Below, one piece after another: positions 1-10,963 of a stretch of DNA of 64,000 bases. The notes under the pieces are model-generated. The model was not told where the DNA came from. It saw nothing but the letters and a program-made list of their open reading frames with translations, and ran no database searches. Each line of letters opens with the position of its first letter. Position 1 is the first letter of the stretch. This DNA comes from an uncultured archaeon. Its GTDB lineage: Archaea > Asgardarchaeota > Lokiarchaeia > Sigyniarchaeales > SOKP01. Made by a program: the position numbers and the translations under genes. The stretch covers positions 1 through 64,000 of the forward strand of contig CAZBPC010000002.1 of the NCBI GenBank assembly GCA_964493715.1, read 5' to 3'.

Positions 1-28
1 TTCGAGGGTTCGAATCCCTCCTCCTGCA
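1..28 (+). tRNA. 3' end of a tRNA (truncated by window edge, isotype undetermined, possibly Leu)
   Basis: T-arm GAGGG-TTCGAAT-CCCTC followed by acceptor 3' strand CTCCTGC-A and a T-rich tract. Confidence 0.85.
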
Positions 29-164
29 TTTTTCTCAATATTTTTATACAAGAGGTTCCCATTTCATTTTATATAAATATATAAAAGTTAGATTTAATAG
101 TTGACTATCACATTACTATTCAGAATAATGCTCATTATTTTACAATCTCAATAAGTAATGAATT

Positions 165-1367
165 ATGACCTTGATATTAGATGATCCAGAAGCAACCATT
201 AATCATGTCAACTCCTTAGCATTTAATAGATCTGCCGGTTCAGAGGGAGAAACAGAAGCAGTTTTTTATATCCGTGATCAATTAAATAATAAAAATATTG
301 ATAATCATATTGAATATTTTACGTATTTAGGTCCAAAAAAAGTATTAATGAGACTTACATATCTTATTTTCCTTACTTATCTAATATTCTATAAACTCTT
401 AGTTGTTATTGTTTTTTACTTTTCTATAAAATATTCATTTTCGACCACGCGTAACTATTCATTGATAAAAGAAGAAAGTTCAAAAAATTTGGTAACAACA
501 ATACCAGCAGTTAATCAAAGAAAAAAGCGTCCAGTGGTTATACTCACGGCTCATTACGATTCCTTTTCAACTAAACTTCCATTTAGAATTCAAAATTTCT
601 TATTTTTTATTTTCAAGATTATTATTATTCCATATTTTATGATCAAATTAATCTTCTCGCTCTGGTTACTCGGAGATTTTAGCTTTACTGTAAGTCAATC
701 TCCAGTCATATTAGAACTCATTTTAATGTCATCTATAATAGAATTTGTAATCGTTTTCTTAATTTTCTTACTCATCTATAATACTAAAATATCAATGGGC
801 GCTATTGATAATGCGAGTGGTGTTTCTATAATACTTGAGTTAGCTAAAAAATTAAATGAGAAACCTTTAGAAAATATGGATGTTATTATAGTATTCACAA
901 GTGCAGAAGAATGGGGTTTAATTGGTTCAAAAAGGTTCTGCAATCGAAATCTAAAATCATTTTCAGAGAAATATATTCTTGATAAATCCCTTAGTATAAA
1001 TTATGATATGATTGGTACATATATAGGTTTACTCGATAAGAAAAGCTTATTTAATAAAAAATCAATCAATCAAACACTTAATAAAAATATTGAAGATACC
1101 GCGAACAATTTAGGGATATCATTAGTTAAACACAAACCCTTGATTACTCCAAAGACTGATCATAAAATGTTTTTAAAATTTGCAAAAAAAACCGAATCAG
1201 ATTTTCAGGTTGCTTGTTTTCACGCTGCTAAGGACGTAAAATATATCCATTCTGCAAGAGATACTCCAGATAATTGTGATGTTCAAAATTTAAATAAAGT
1301 TTTAGAAATCAGTCTGGTAACCTTACGTAAAATCGATTCAGAGTCATATCCTTCAGAAAAAATCTGA
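165..1367 (+). CDS. M28-family membrane metallopeptidase
   Basis: Motifs TAHYDS, GAIDNASGV, AEEWGLIGS, NYDMIG, IHSARD, with hydrophobic TM segments. Confidence 0.85.
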   Translation: MTLILDDPEATINHVNSLAFNRSAGSEGETEAVFYIRDQLNNKNIDNHIEYFTYLGPKKVLMRLTYLIFLTYLIFYKLLVVIVFYFSIKYSFSTTRNYSLIKEESSKNLVTTIPAVNQRKKRPVVILTAHYDSFSTKLPFRIQNFLFFIFKIIIIPYFMIKLIFSLWLLGDFSFTVSQSPVILELILMSSIIEFVIVFLIFLLIYNTKISMGAIDNASGVSIILELAKKLNEKPLENMDVIIVFTSAEEWGLIGSKRFCNRNLKSFSEKYILDKSLSINYDMIGTYIGLLDKKSLFNKKSINQTLNKNIEDTANNLGISLVKHKPLITPKTDHKMFLKFAKKTESDFQVACFHAAKDVKYIHSARDTPDNCDVQNLNKVLEISLVTLRKIDSESYPSEKI

Positions 1368-4300
1368 TAATTTTTGTTGTTTTATTTTTGGATTATTAGT
1401 TAAACTTTCCACGTATTGTTCAATTAATTCCATTCTTTGAACGGTATAGTGATCCAGATTGAATTCTTTGCAAAGTTTTTGAGCTCTAGGAACATATTTT
1501 TCTATACCTCCACTATTTACCGTTAAAATCACTTTTTTACCACATTTTGGACATTTACCATTATTAGATATTGGAACACGTCGAAATTTTTCATTACATT
1601 TAACACATCTGAACTCTTGAACTGAAAATTTGCGTAAATTCCCAAGTATATCTGGATTGAAATGTGTAGAAAGAATTTTTTCAGCAACCTTCTTTGCATC
1701 AACCGCTTTGATAATTTTCGCAATATGTAATTGAGCTTCAATCTTTTCTTCCATATTTTCATGGGTTTTATATGCTGTCATTAATGGCCCCTCATTAATA
1801 TCATCCGTGGGTATATTAAATCCGATATCTTCATATTGCTTTTCTGTGCCTAATCGAGTTTTCACTAAATTCATAATGTCTTCAACTTTTTGTGGTGACG
1901 CAAAATTTTGAGTTGCTTCATAGAATTCTAAAGGATACCGGTACAATGTATCGATGTTATGTGCTTCTCCATCAATTTCATTAGGATCTAACTTAGTAGA
2001 AATAACTAAAGTAGCATCCATTCTCCCCCCAATTTTACTTGGTAGATAATATCTGGAAAAATTTAATAATGGATCTAGTAAAAGCATAATACCATCTTCA
2101 TCGCCATCACAATTACGCCGCTTAGCAGCATGCCAATACGGATGAGCATAAATAGATCTTGCGGGGGAAGTGCCAATTATTCTACCGATGATACCCGCAC
2201 TAGTGTGAGGTGCTAAACCAACAACTAAGTGACCAATTAAATCATCTATACCAGATACATTATAAAATCGTTTCAATTGATAAAAACTTTCAAGCTCATC
2301 ATCTAAAAATTTCGCAAGCCGTAAAAAATAATTGGCACAATCTTCAGATAAGAGAACATCTTGTACTTTTAATTCTATAATTTGATCAGTTTCTACTATT
2401 GGGTTGCCTTGATAATCATATTCATATCCTAAATCCTTCAGTTTTTTGATAGATGTGCCAATCTCTTTAGGTTTAAAATGGGTTAATGGTATATCAGTAG
2501 CATCATAACGTATCTCTGCAGTTTTGTATACTAATAATCCATTCTTTGCTCTTAATATACCTTTCTCAATAGGTTCAGGAAGTTTAAATTGATTGGTTAA
2601 GCCAAAAATTGCTTTAAATTTTTTAGGTAGAGTTAATCCTAATGATGTAAGAGCAGAATTGATATAATTTTTAAAATTAAGAGAAGCTTCATTTGAGAAG
2701 CTTAATATTTGACCGCACTGAGAGCATTTATCCATGTCCTTAGAATATGTTTTTTTACATTTAACACAGATCTTTTGTACTTCTGTATGACTTCCACATA
2801 ATGGACATTTATTGAAAAGAGATACATTATGACAATTAGGACATTTTTTTCTACCTGCGTCAATTTTAATTACTCCAAGCTCTATAGCTTTTTCAACTAA
2901 TCGTTGATTTCCCACCTTATCACTTAATGGAAACAATGAATGAACACCTTTCATGGATTTTCGTTCAGATTTTTCTGGTCGTCCCATTCTAGTTCCCATA
3001 TAATAAGGAGCTTTATTCCTTATTTCAAGTCCAGATCTAAGTTTAAAATAAGAAAAACTGTCACTAATGCCTTCCAAAGATATATTATTTGAATTTAAAA
3101 GATCGAAAATTGATTGAAAAATATAGTTCTTAGCTTTGCTGAATTCTATAATTCCATCTTTAACCAAATGGACTACAAAAGCCTTTTCTAAAATTTCTTT
3201 CACTTTGGGGTCGTTCTTCAAATAAATTTTCTTTTCTGATCTATTAAAGCCTTCATTCATAGCTATTCGAAGTACTTCTAGTTCAGATACAGATAGATTT
3301 CCCCAATAATCGGTATAAAAGGGATGTAGTGGAATTTTTAAACTATTCGCTAATTTAATAGCATCCTCTGCTGAAGGAACATTATAAAACGGGTCTTTTA
3401 TGAAACTTTTGAGTTTTGGTGGTGTTTCTCCTGCTTTTTGCAGAGCATTTTCTAATTCTAGCGCCCACCATTCTTCAACATAACCTGACGGGACTAATTT
3501 ATGGTTATTTTCGGCGAATTCTCCAAAACCAAACAAAATATCACCTAAAAATAGTATGCTTTCAACTTCTGGAAAAATACGCTTTGCTTTTTCCTTAGTT
3601 TTAACCTTAATAACGCTTCCATCCTTTAACTTTACTATTGGAGGCTCAATTGAGTTTACAGGACAAACACTTGCACTTTTACCAGGACGCTCTATTCTTA
3701 GTTGAGTACCAATTGCAATAAAATTATCCAATAGTGTCATAGTCGCCGGATGTATGCCCGCAGCCGCAAGACCAGTGTTTCTAGACCTACCATACCGAAT
3801 TCGATGACCTCCGATGCGTGAGGGATGACTGAAAACGGGTCTTCCTGCTATGATATCTGAAACATATTTTGAATTTGGTGATATTTTTTTTTTATTGATA
3901 ATATCCTCTTTTTCCGAATTTTCCGTTTTTTGAGATATATTCTTTAATGATTTTAACCATTCCCAACCTTTTAGATTCATACTTGCTGCAATCTTCATTA
4001 ATTTCGGTGCTTTAAGAAGTATACCATCATTTAATACTAAACAAGCACCTCCTCGAATTTTATTAGTATCAACCCGTGGAAGATCCCGAAAGGCAGAAAC
4101 CTCTTCATCTTCAGTTGAATCTCCATTAATTTCAATTGGTAAATGCTCAACAGCAAATCTTATTTCATCATTTGAAGAAGGATATTGAAGATGGACTCTA
4201 CGATCATATAATTTAACTTCTTCAACATATCGTCCAATTTCAGCTTCAGTAGCCTCATACTTAGGAATATTTGACTTTTCTCGTACATAATCCGCAATAA

Positions 4301-4778
4301 GCACACATAAAGCTGCAGTGGTACCTCCTGCAGCTCGAATTGGTCCAGCAAAAAAAAGTGAAAGATAAGATTTTCCATAATTATCTTTTCTAATGAGAAT
4401 TTTTGAAATTCCTTCTAATGGAGCACTAACAACTCCCATTGTCTTTATTGCTAACCCTACTCTAATCGCACGTTCGACTCTTTCATCTAGGGTCCCAATA
4501 TTTCCTAACTTTTTTTCCAAAATATCAGAAACAACTTGAAAAACAATTTCATCATCAGAATTGCCAACATTCTTTAAATTTCGTATCACTTCAGCAATAC
4601 CTTCTGGACCTACAAGTTTTTCAACTCTTCCAGCTAGATCTTTTGCTTGTGGAGATTCTACATATGTTTCAGGATCTAAACCTTTCTGACGGGCTTCTTC
4701 AGCAATTTCATAACAATGATCTACTTTTTGCTGAATTACTCTAAAGTATTCTTCCATATTTTTGCTTAAATCTGACAT
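1353..4778 (-). CDS. polC: DNA polymerase D large subunit DP2
   Basis: 1141 aa; AGPIRAAGGT, RYGRSRNTG, catalytic RRNCDGDED, Zn fingers; no intein seen. Confidence 0.97.
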   Translation of the reverse strand: MSDLSKNMEEYFRVIQQKVDHCYEIAEEARQKGLDPETYVESPQAKDLAGRVEKLVGPEGIAEVIRNLKNVGNSDDEIVFQVVSDILEKKLGNIGTLDERVERAIRVGLAIKTMGVVSAPLEGISKILIRKDNYGKSYLSLFFAGPIRAAGGTTAALCVLIADYVREKSNIPKYEATEAEIGRYVEEVKLYDRRVHLQYPSSNDEIRFAVEHLPIEINGDSTEDEEVSAFRDLPRVDTNKIRGGACLVLNDGILLKAPKLMKIAASMNLKGWEWLKSLKNISQKTENSEKEDIINKKKISPNSKYVSDIIAGRPVFSHPSRIGGHRIRYGRSRNTGLAAAGIHPATMTLLDNFIAIGTQLRIERPGKSASVCPVNSIEPPIVKLKDGSVIKVKTKEKAKRIFPEVESILFLGDILFGFGEFAENNHKLVPSGYVEEWWALELENALQKAGETPPKLKSFIKDPFYNVPSAEDAIKLANSLKIPLHPFYTDYWGNLSVSELEVLRIAMNEGFNRSEKKIYLKNDPKVKEILEKAFVVHLVKDGIIEFSKAKNYIFQSIFDLLNSNNISLEGISDSFSYFKLRSGLEIRNKAPYYMGTRMGRPEKSERKSMKGVHSLFPLSDKVGNQRLVEKAIELGVIKIDAGRKKCPNCHNVSLFNKCPLCGSHTEVQKICVKCKKTYSKDMDKCSQCGQILSFSNEASLNFKNYINSALTSLGLTLPKKFKAIFGLTNQFKLPEPIEKGILRAKNGLLVYKTAEIRYDATDIPLTHFKPKEIGTSIKKLKDLGYEYDYQGNPIVETDQIIELKVQDVLLSEDCANYFLRLAKFLDDELESFYQLKRFYNVSGIDDLIGHLVVGLAPHTSAGIIGRIIGTSPARSIYAHPYWHAAKRRNCDGDEDGIMLLLDPLLNFSRYYLPSKIGGRMDATLVISTKLDPNEIDGEAHNIDTLYRYPLEFYEATQNFASPQKVEDIMNLVKTRLGTEKQYEDIGFNIPTDDINEGPLMTAYKTHENMEEKIEAQLHIAKIIKAVDAKKVAEKILSTHFNPDILGNLRKFSVQEFRCVKCNEKFRRVPISNNGKCPKCGKKVILTVNSGGIEKYVPRAQKLCKEFNLDHYTVQRMELIEQYVESLTNNPKIKQQKLSDFF

Positions 4779-5048
4779 AATGAGATAATATAGATATAAA
4801 CTGAATCCAATAAACCAAATTTATTATGAATATATTGTATAAATAAATCTTGAAAAAATAAATGGAATTATTAATAGGATAATTGAAAAATTAACTTAAA
4901 AATCAAATGAGATGATTGATTTTTGAATAAATCGATTGAAATAACACTCTCTCTTAAAATATAAGATGTGATGTTTTTTCTTTAATAATAAACAATATAA
5001 TTATTCATTACAATACATAATATAAATTCTATCTCGAGAGAATAAACC

Positions 5049-6803
5049 TTGAATCACGAGTATCTTTCCCATAAGAAGGTATTAATAAATAGATTAGCGA
5101 ATTCGGGTATAAATATTTCTCCCAAATCTATCGAAGTCATCATGAAACTTGAAAATCCTCTAATTAAAACCGATATCATTATACAAGAAATGAATACCAT
5201 CCCCACTTTTAATGGACATCTTACTTTAAATGTAATGCAAAAAATATCTAATGAAGAAATCCAAAGGGTGTTAAAAAGAGAGAATCTGATAATAAGCAAT
5301 GATGAAAAAACTACCTATAATGAAAATAACTTAGAGAGCAATCGAATAGACATTCCTTCTTCAATTAAAAGTGAATATGCGAATTCTATAGAAACTCAAA
5401 ATCTTATTAATACTCCTCAGCCAAAAAAACCTGAACTAATAGTTATTAACCCTCTTCCTGCAAAAAAACAACAACCAAAAATTAAACAATTTGATTCCGT
5501 AAAATCTTCAATTTCATTTAATCCTATAGCGAAAAATTATGAATTTGAATATAATATTTTAAAGGATCCAAATGGTAAACTCTTCACAAATGGATCCTTC
5601 GAAGATTTCTATGAGATGACTGTGGATAAATACAATTCATTGCGTAATTTAATGAGAAATCGAGCTGAAGTGCTCTCATCAACAAATATTGAAAAGATAA
5701 TTAGATTATCTAACAATGCTGAAGTATCTACAATGGGGTTGATCAATAGTATACGATTAACAAAAAACAAAAATTATCTTTTATCATTAGAAGATTTAAC
5801 GGGAGAAATCTCCGTATTAATTAATAAAAATGATGAAGATCTCAATGAAATGAAAAGAGCTGAACGGCTCATCAATGATCAAATGATATATGTGGAAGGT
5901 ATATATAATCCAAGTAATACTAAAGGCAAAGGAATTATCTTTGCAAATAAATTCACGAAGATAGATATTCCTACTAATTTCCAACCTAATAATTCAACTG
6001 AACCTCTTGCTATTGCATTAATTTCCGATACTCATATCGGAAGTAAAGAGTTTGAAGAACCATTATTTAATAAATTTATCCAATTCTTGAAAGGCAAAGT
6101 TGGTGATAATAAGGTAAGAAAATTAGCTGGAAAAATTAAATATTTGATAATAAACGGAGATCTAATTGATGGAATTGGGGTTTATCCAAATCAGAATGAA
6201 GATCTCATCATATCAGATATTTATAAACAATACGATAAGGCTACAGAATTTATCAAGGAGATCCCCGAATATATTAAAATTTTTTATGTATCGGGTAATC
6301 ATGAACCCGTGAGAAATGCTATTGCGAGACCCGCTGTTCCTAAAAAATATTGTAAAGGATTAGTAGATTTAGGAGTTAAGTGTTTAGGTAATCCTTCTCT
6401 AATAAGTACCCATAGTGTTAAAACCCTTATATTTCATGGGGAAAGCATGCACGATTTAAATATGGCCGTTCCAGATTTGGATATAAACAATCCAACTGAA
6501 ACAATGAAAGAATTGCTTATTTGCAGACATCTCGCCCCTACATATGGTGGAAAGACTCAAATTGCACCCACAAACAAGGATTGGCTCGTAATCGACACGA
6601 TTCCCGATATATTTCATACCGGTCATCTACATATCAATGGATTTAATCGTTATCGAAATGTTAACTTAATCAATTCAGGATGCTTTCAAGCACAAACAGA
6701 TTTTATGAGAAGTTTTGGTATAGATCCAACAATAGGAATAGTACCAGTTATTGAATTAGATTCCTTAAAAACAAGTATATTAGATTTTAAAAAGCAGCTT
6801 TAA
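5049..6803 (+). CDS. polB: DNA polymerase D small subunit DP1 (proofreading exonuclease)
   Basis: OB fold (LEDLTG) plus calcineurin-like motifs SDTHIGS, GDLIDG, GNHE, HTGHLH; divergent from DP2. Confidence 0.95.
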   Translation: MNHEYLSHKKVLINRLANSGINISPKSIEVIMKLENPLIKTDIIIQEMNTIPTFNGHLTLNVMQKISNEEIQRVLKRENLIISNDEKTTYNENNLESNRIDIPSSIKSEYANSIETQNLINTPQPKKPELIVINPLPAKKQQPKIKQFDSVKSSISFNPIAKNYEFEYNILKDPNGKLFTNGSFEDFYEMTVDKYNSLRNLMRNRAEVLSSTNIEKIIRLSNNAEVSTMGLINSIRLTKNKNYLLSLEDLTGEISVLINKNDEDLNEMKRAERLINDQMIYVEGIYNPSNTKGKGIIFANKFTKIDIPTNFQPNNSTEPLAIALISDTHIGSKEFEEPLFNKFIQFLKGKVGDNKVRKLAGKIKYLIINGDLIDGIGVYPNQNEDLIISDIYKQYDKATEFIKEIPEYIKIFYVSGNHEPVRNAIARPAVPKKYCKGLVDLGVKCLGNPSLISTHSVKTLIFHGESMHDLNMAVPDLDINNPTETMKELLICRHLAPTYGGKTQIAPTNKDWLVIDTIPDIFHTGHLHINGFNRYRNVNLINSGCFQAQTDFMRSFGIDPTIGIVPVIELDSLKTSILDFKKQL

Positions 6804-6815
6804 TTAAGAATTATC

Positions 6816-7502
6816 ATGGATTTAACAATTCCCCGTAAAAATCTTACAGAATTGGTTTTATATATTTGGAAAATCATTGGATTATCTTTAATATCATTAA
6901 ATGATCTTCTATATCGACTTTCATTCGAATTATTTTTATTTGATCCAAAAGAAGCTAAAAAATTTGTTGAAACTGCGATTTCTCAAAATTATTTAATTTT
7001 AGATAGAGACGATAATCTCAAATTATCAACGGAACTAAATCAAGAATTGAATATGTGGCAAATAAAAAGAAAGGAAGAAATTTCTGAGAGATTAACTTCC
7101 TCTAAAAGGATTAAAGATTTAAGGGGTGAAAACGGAACACAAAAAAACGCAAATCAATTCAAAAACCTATTTAAAATTTTCGTTGATGAAGCTACAGCGG
7201 GAAGATCAGCTTCTATTTTAAATTCTCATATAAAACTCCTCAGATTTGATGACAAAATTGGAATTCTTAAAGCAACTGTGAAAGGATCTCAAGAAAATAA
7301 TTATAACGTAGAGATAAATGTTGGGTTAAAAATATTAAAACATGATTGTCATGATTTTCAAACAAAAAAATCTAAATCCAAGAAATTTTGTAAACATTTA
7401 GCAAGATTATTTTTTCTAATAAAAGAACAAAATGAAAATTCAGCAACTTATTTCCTAAAAGAAATTGGAGAAAATATCAATGAATGGGAATTTATTGGTT
7501 AA
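6816..7502 (+). CDS. DUF2240-like N-terminal domain plus SWIM zinc finger protein
   Basis: C-terminal HDCHDF...FCKHL SWIM-like motif. Confidence 0.6.
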   Translation: MDLTIPRKNLTELVLYIWKIIGLSLISLNDLLYRLSFELFLFDPKEAKKFVETAISQNYLILDRDDNLKLSTELNQELNMWQIKRKEEISERLTSSKRIKDLRGENGTQKNANQFKNLFKIFVDEATAGRSASILNSHIKLLRFDDKIGILKATVKGSQENNYNVEINVGLKILKHDCHDFQTKKSKSKKFCKHLARLFFLIKEQNENSATYFLKEIGENINEWEFIG

Positions 7503-8818
7503 AGAAGCTTTTTAAATACGTTACTTTTGATTTTTACTTTATCAGTTTGTAATAGTAATGGTTTATAATTCAATAAATCAGCCAATGATATGTGTTTTAT
7601 TTGAGATAATACTTTTTCTGTCAATGATAAATCTATATCTAAAGTGATAATTTTGGTCCTCCCATAATGCCCCATTGATCTTGTAGTAGCTGTTATAATA
7701 CCTGCTAAAGCAAGTTCATTTATGTAATCTGATATTCTTCTTTTGGTTAATAATTTTGTATTTGTTAGCTTATTTGTAAGTTCTAAATGGATATCATATA
7801 TTTCACCTGAAGTGATTATATTATCCCTAGAATACTTTCTCATCAAATAAATCGCGGTAAGTGTTAATTGAGACTGTAAGGGCATCCCTAATATATATTC
7901 AACAACATTGTCTTTCTCAATATCCTGTTGAGCTTTATTTACATCCAATTCAGAGATAAATGCTCGCTGATTTCTTTCTGAATTTTCTCCTGCTTTTCTT
8001 AATAATTGAAGTGCCTTACGAGAATCACCGTGTTCCTTAGCAGCTAAGCCCGCACATAATTTTATGACTCCTTCATTGATGACTCCCTCTTGAAATGCAA
8101 CTTTCGCTCGTTTCTCAAGAATATCCGATAATTCATTTGCATTATAAGGATGAAAAACCAATTCTTCTTGTCCCAAACTAGATTTTACTCGTGGATCTAA
8201 GTAGTCCTTAAATTTCAATTTATTTGAAATTCCAATAACATTAGCCCTACAAAGATCTAAATTTTCATTTAATCTGGTTAGATCGTAAAGAATTTCGTTT
8301 CCTCCCTTTTTTTCAATAAGAATATCAATTTCATCTAGGACAAGAAAACAAACATTTGTATTTATGCATAAATCTAGTAAACCTAATAGTTTCTTAAAAA
8401 TTATATCTTTTGGTAAACCCGTGGGAGGAATTTTTTCTTTTCCGGAGATAGTGTTATATATATGTGCTAAAACTCGATAAGGTGTTGAAACTACATTACA
8501 ATTTATATATATCCACCAAGGTGGCTTTGAATCACAGTGTTGTGCTAACTTCTGACTAACATATCTTATTGTAGCTGTTTTACCCGTACCAGTCATCCCA
8601 TAACATAAGAAATTTGGAGGAACATCTCCTTTCAATGCACAAGCAGTGAGTCCTGCTATTTTTTCTATCTCAGCGTCTCTATGTGGCAATTCATCTGGGA
8701 TGAAAGATGGATCTAATGCTTCCCGATTTCTAAAAATTTTAGGACCATTCATATAATTTTTGTAAAAACGATCAATGTTAAAGCTATAGTTACCATTATT
8801 ATTTGGGTTAGTCAACAC
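7499..8818 (-). CDS. cdc6: Orc1/Cdc6 replication initiator
   Basis: Walker A GMTGTGKT, Walker B LDEID, RVKSSL, HGDSRKAL, C-terminal winged helix GHYGRT. Confidence 0.95.
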   Translation of the reverse strand: MLTNPNNNGNYSFNIDRFYKNYMNGPKIFRNREALDPSFIPDELPHRDAEIEKIAGLTACALKGDVPPNFLCYGMTGTGKTATIRYVSQKLAQHCDSKPPWWIYINCNVVSTPYRVLAHIYNTISGKEKIPPTGLPKDIIFKKLLGLLDLCINTNVCFLVLDEIDILIEKKGGNEILYDLTRLNENLDLCRANVIGISNKLKFKDYLDPRVKSSLGQEELVFHPYNANELSDILEKRAKVAFQEGVINEGVIKLCAGLAAKEHGDSRKALQLLRKAGENSERNQRAFISELDVNKAQQDIEKDNVVEYILGMPLQSQLTLTAIYLMRKYSRDNIITSGEIYDIHLELTNKLTNTKLLTKRRISDYINELALAGIITATTRSMGHYGRTKIITLDIDLSLTEKVLSQIKHISLADLLNYKPLLLQTDKVKIKSNVFKKLL

Positions 8819-9108
8819 TCACATCATTCCTTTTATGTTTATATATAGGATGAACAGCAAAATAATTCCAATCGAAATCATATTATTTCCAATGCAAGAA
8901 TCTTATATAAATTTATTTATTGAAATCATATTAAATATTTAATAAGACCATCTTGCAACAACCTAATCAATAAAATATTATATTATTGTCGGGAATATAA
9001 AAGATCATTATTAGTTGACAAATATTATTAAACTCCTATTAAAAAGGAAAGTAAAACTTAATATTTAATTTCAATAAAAAATTAACTAATCTAATTTTCC
9101 CGTCTTTT

Positions 9109-9894
9109 ATGGTTCTAAAAATGACAGAATACGATAATAATGATCCTTCAAAAAGGAAACACATTAGAATTGCTTTAATTTTAGCTCTTACATGTGCTAC
9201 GTTGATATTTTTAAATTTTGTGGTCATTTCAATTATTTTTGATTGGGCCGATTGGGTAGCCATATTAGTTTTTAGCATAATCTTCATCGTACCAGCATAT
9301 ATATCAAATGCGGGCATGGTAATGGTCGGAGGTGGCAAACCAATAGATGGTGGAAAGTTCTGTAAAGACGGAAGAAGAATCTTAGGCGACCATAAAACAG
9401 TCAATGGTCTAATAAAGGGACCACTATATGTTGGAATTCCCATTTCTTTAGGAATACATCTTTTATTTTTTATTTTATGGCCTCTGATTCAACTTATTCC
9501 CATCCAAGCCGCTTCTCAAGGGTTTTTTGTTTTATATGCTGATCTTAGATTGTATGAATTTTACTTTATTGGTGGACCTTTCCCCATCGGAATTCTCATA
9601 TTAGTCCTTAGGATTATTCTCTGTTCATATGGCGCTGTTTTAGGGGATCTTGCAGGTTCTTTTTTAAAGCGACGCCTTAATTACGCAAGTGGAGCCCCTT
9701 TCTGGGTTGTAGATCAATTGGATTTTGCTTTAGGAGCAATCCTTCTTGGTTCAATTCCAGCATTGATCTTTCCTGGAATTTATTTAGCTCCTGACTGGAA
9801 CATTATAATATTTTTAATGATAATAACACCTTCTGTCAGCATCATAGCCAACACAATCGCTTATGTTGTCGGATGGAAGGATGTTCCGTGGTAA
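9109..9894 (+). CDS. carS: CDP-archaeol synthase
   Basis: PAYISN, PIDGG...DGRRILGDHKT, GDLAGSFLKRR, DQLDF. Confidence 0.92.
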   Translation: MVLKMTEYDNNDPSKRKHIRIALILALTCATLIFLNFVVISIIFDWADWVAILVFSIIFIVPAYISNAGMVMVGGGKPIDGGKFCKDGRRILGDHKTVNGLIKGPLYVGIPISLGIHLLFFILWPLIQLIPIQAASQGFFVLYADLRLYEFYFIGGPFPIGILILVLRIILCSYGAVLGDLAGSFLKRRLNYASGAPFWVVDQLDFALGAILLGSIPALIFPGIYLAPDWNIIIFLMIITPSVSIIANTIAYVVGWKDVPW

Positions 9895-9895
9895 T

Positions 9896-10408
9896 TTAAA
9901 TTCTTACAACCTCACATTTTATGTTTATTGGAAAACCATCATCATTATTAAAAATAATATAATTTTCAAATAATTTATTTACCGCTTTGATATACTCTCC
10001 TTTACACCCAATGGCAATCCCCCTTTCTACAAAACTTAAAAAACCAATAATTATATCTTTTTTCCCAGAATACACATTTCGATAAACTCTTATGTCATGA
10101 ACGTAAGGATCGGGAAAGAAGTTATACAGGAGTCTTAAAAGTGTTCTTTCATCACGAATAATTAATATCTTTTTATTTTGGATTTGTCGCCTCATGAGAG
10201 GTAAGGAAAGTTTTGCATTAAAATACTCTTGGCTATTTACAAAAAAGAAAACGAAATTACTAATCAAGATGATATTTTTAGGATAAACCTTGCAGCATTG
10301 ATAAAAGTAATGGTGAAGGAGTAATTCTTGGTTAGTATATTTTTTTTTAATATGAAGTCTCTGATTTAATGACGAATCCGTAGAATCTGTAGAATTTATA
10401 TCCAACAT
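9896..10408 (-). CDS. KH-domain protein, NusA-like
   Basis: C-terminal RGIAIGCKGEYIKAVNKL resembles the archaeal NusA KH GxxG motif. Confidence 0.6.
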   Translation of the reverse strand: MLDINSTDSTDSSLNQRLHIKKKYTNQELLLHHYFYQCCKVYPKNIILISNFVFFFVNSQEYFNAKLSLPLMRRQIQNKKILIIRDERTLLRLLYNFFPDPYVHDIRVYRNVYSGKKDIIIGFLSFVERGIAIGCKGEYIKAVNKLFENYIIFNNDDGFPINIKCEVVRI

Positions 10409-10510
10409 GTATAAATAATTTTTTCAACAATCATTTTAAAGTCCTCTAAGAAAAAAATATACAATATGAGTTACTTTTTTAATTCAGAATCAATTTTATA
10501 AATTTATAAC

Positions 10511-10963
10511 GTGAATGAAAAGAAAGTGAAAATTCCCGGATTTGAATACATAGATCACACCGCAGATGTTCAAGCTCGTTGCTACGGACGTACTCTCGAA
10601 CAAGCATTTGAACAAACTGCCTATGCAGTTATGAAAACAATCTCACCTAATTTGGAGAAAATCCTCCCAATAGAGAAAAAAGAAATTACAATTAAAGCAG
10701 AAGATAAGCAAGCTTTATTATTTGATTTTTTATCTGAATTTTTATACATCTTTGATGTTGAAGGGTTAATATTTTCCCAAATAATCGTTGAGAAAATTAA
10801 AAAAAGGGGGGATGAATTTACCTTAATCGCGAATGCCAGCGGAGAGAAATTTAATAATTTACGTCATGAAATCGGGATAGAAGTGAAAGCAATCACGTAT
10901 TCATACATGAATATTGAAGAAAAAAGTGATAAAACCATAATCGATATTGTTTTTGATATATGA
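10511..10963 (+). CDS. Archease (RtcB cofactor)
   Basis: FEYIDHTADV, EVKAITY, C-terminal VFDI; convergent with and abutting rtcB. Confidence 0.95.
   Translation: MNEKKVKIPGFEYIDHTADVQARCYGRTLEQAFEQTAYAVMKTISPNLEKILPIEKKEITIKAEDKQALLFDFLSEFLYIFDVEGLIFSQIIVEKIKKRGDEFTLIANASGEKFNNLRHEIGIEVKAITYSYMNIEEKSDKTIIDIVFDI

Noticed and set aside
1353-8818. Inteins or introns in DP2 and Cdc6, which are common intein hosts
   Set aside because: Lengths and motifs are continuous, with no insertion visible
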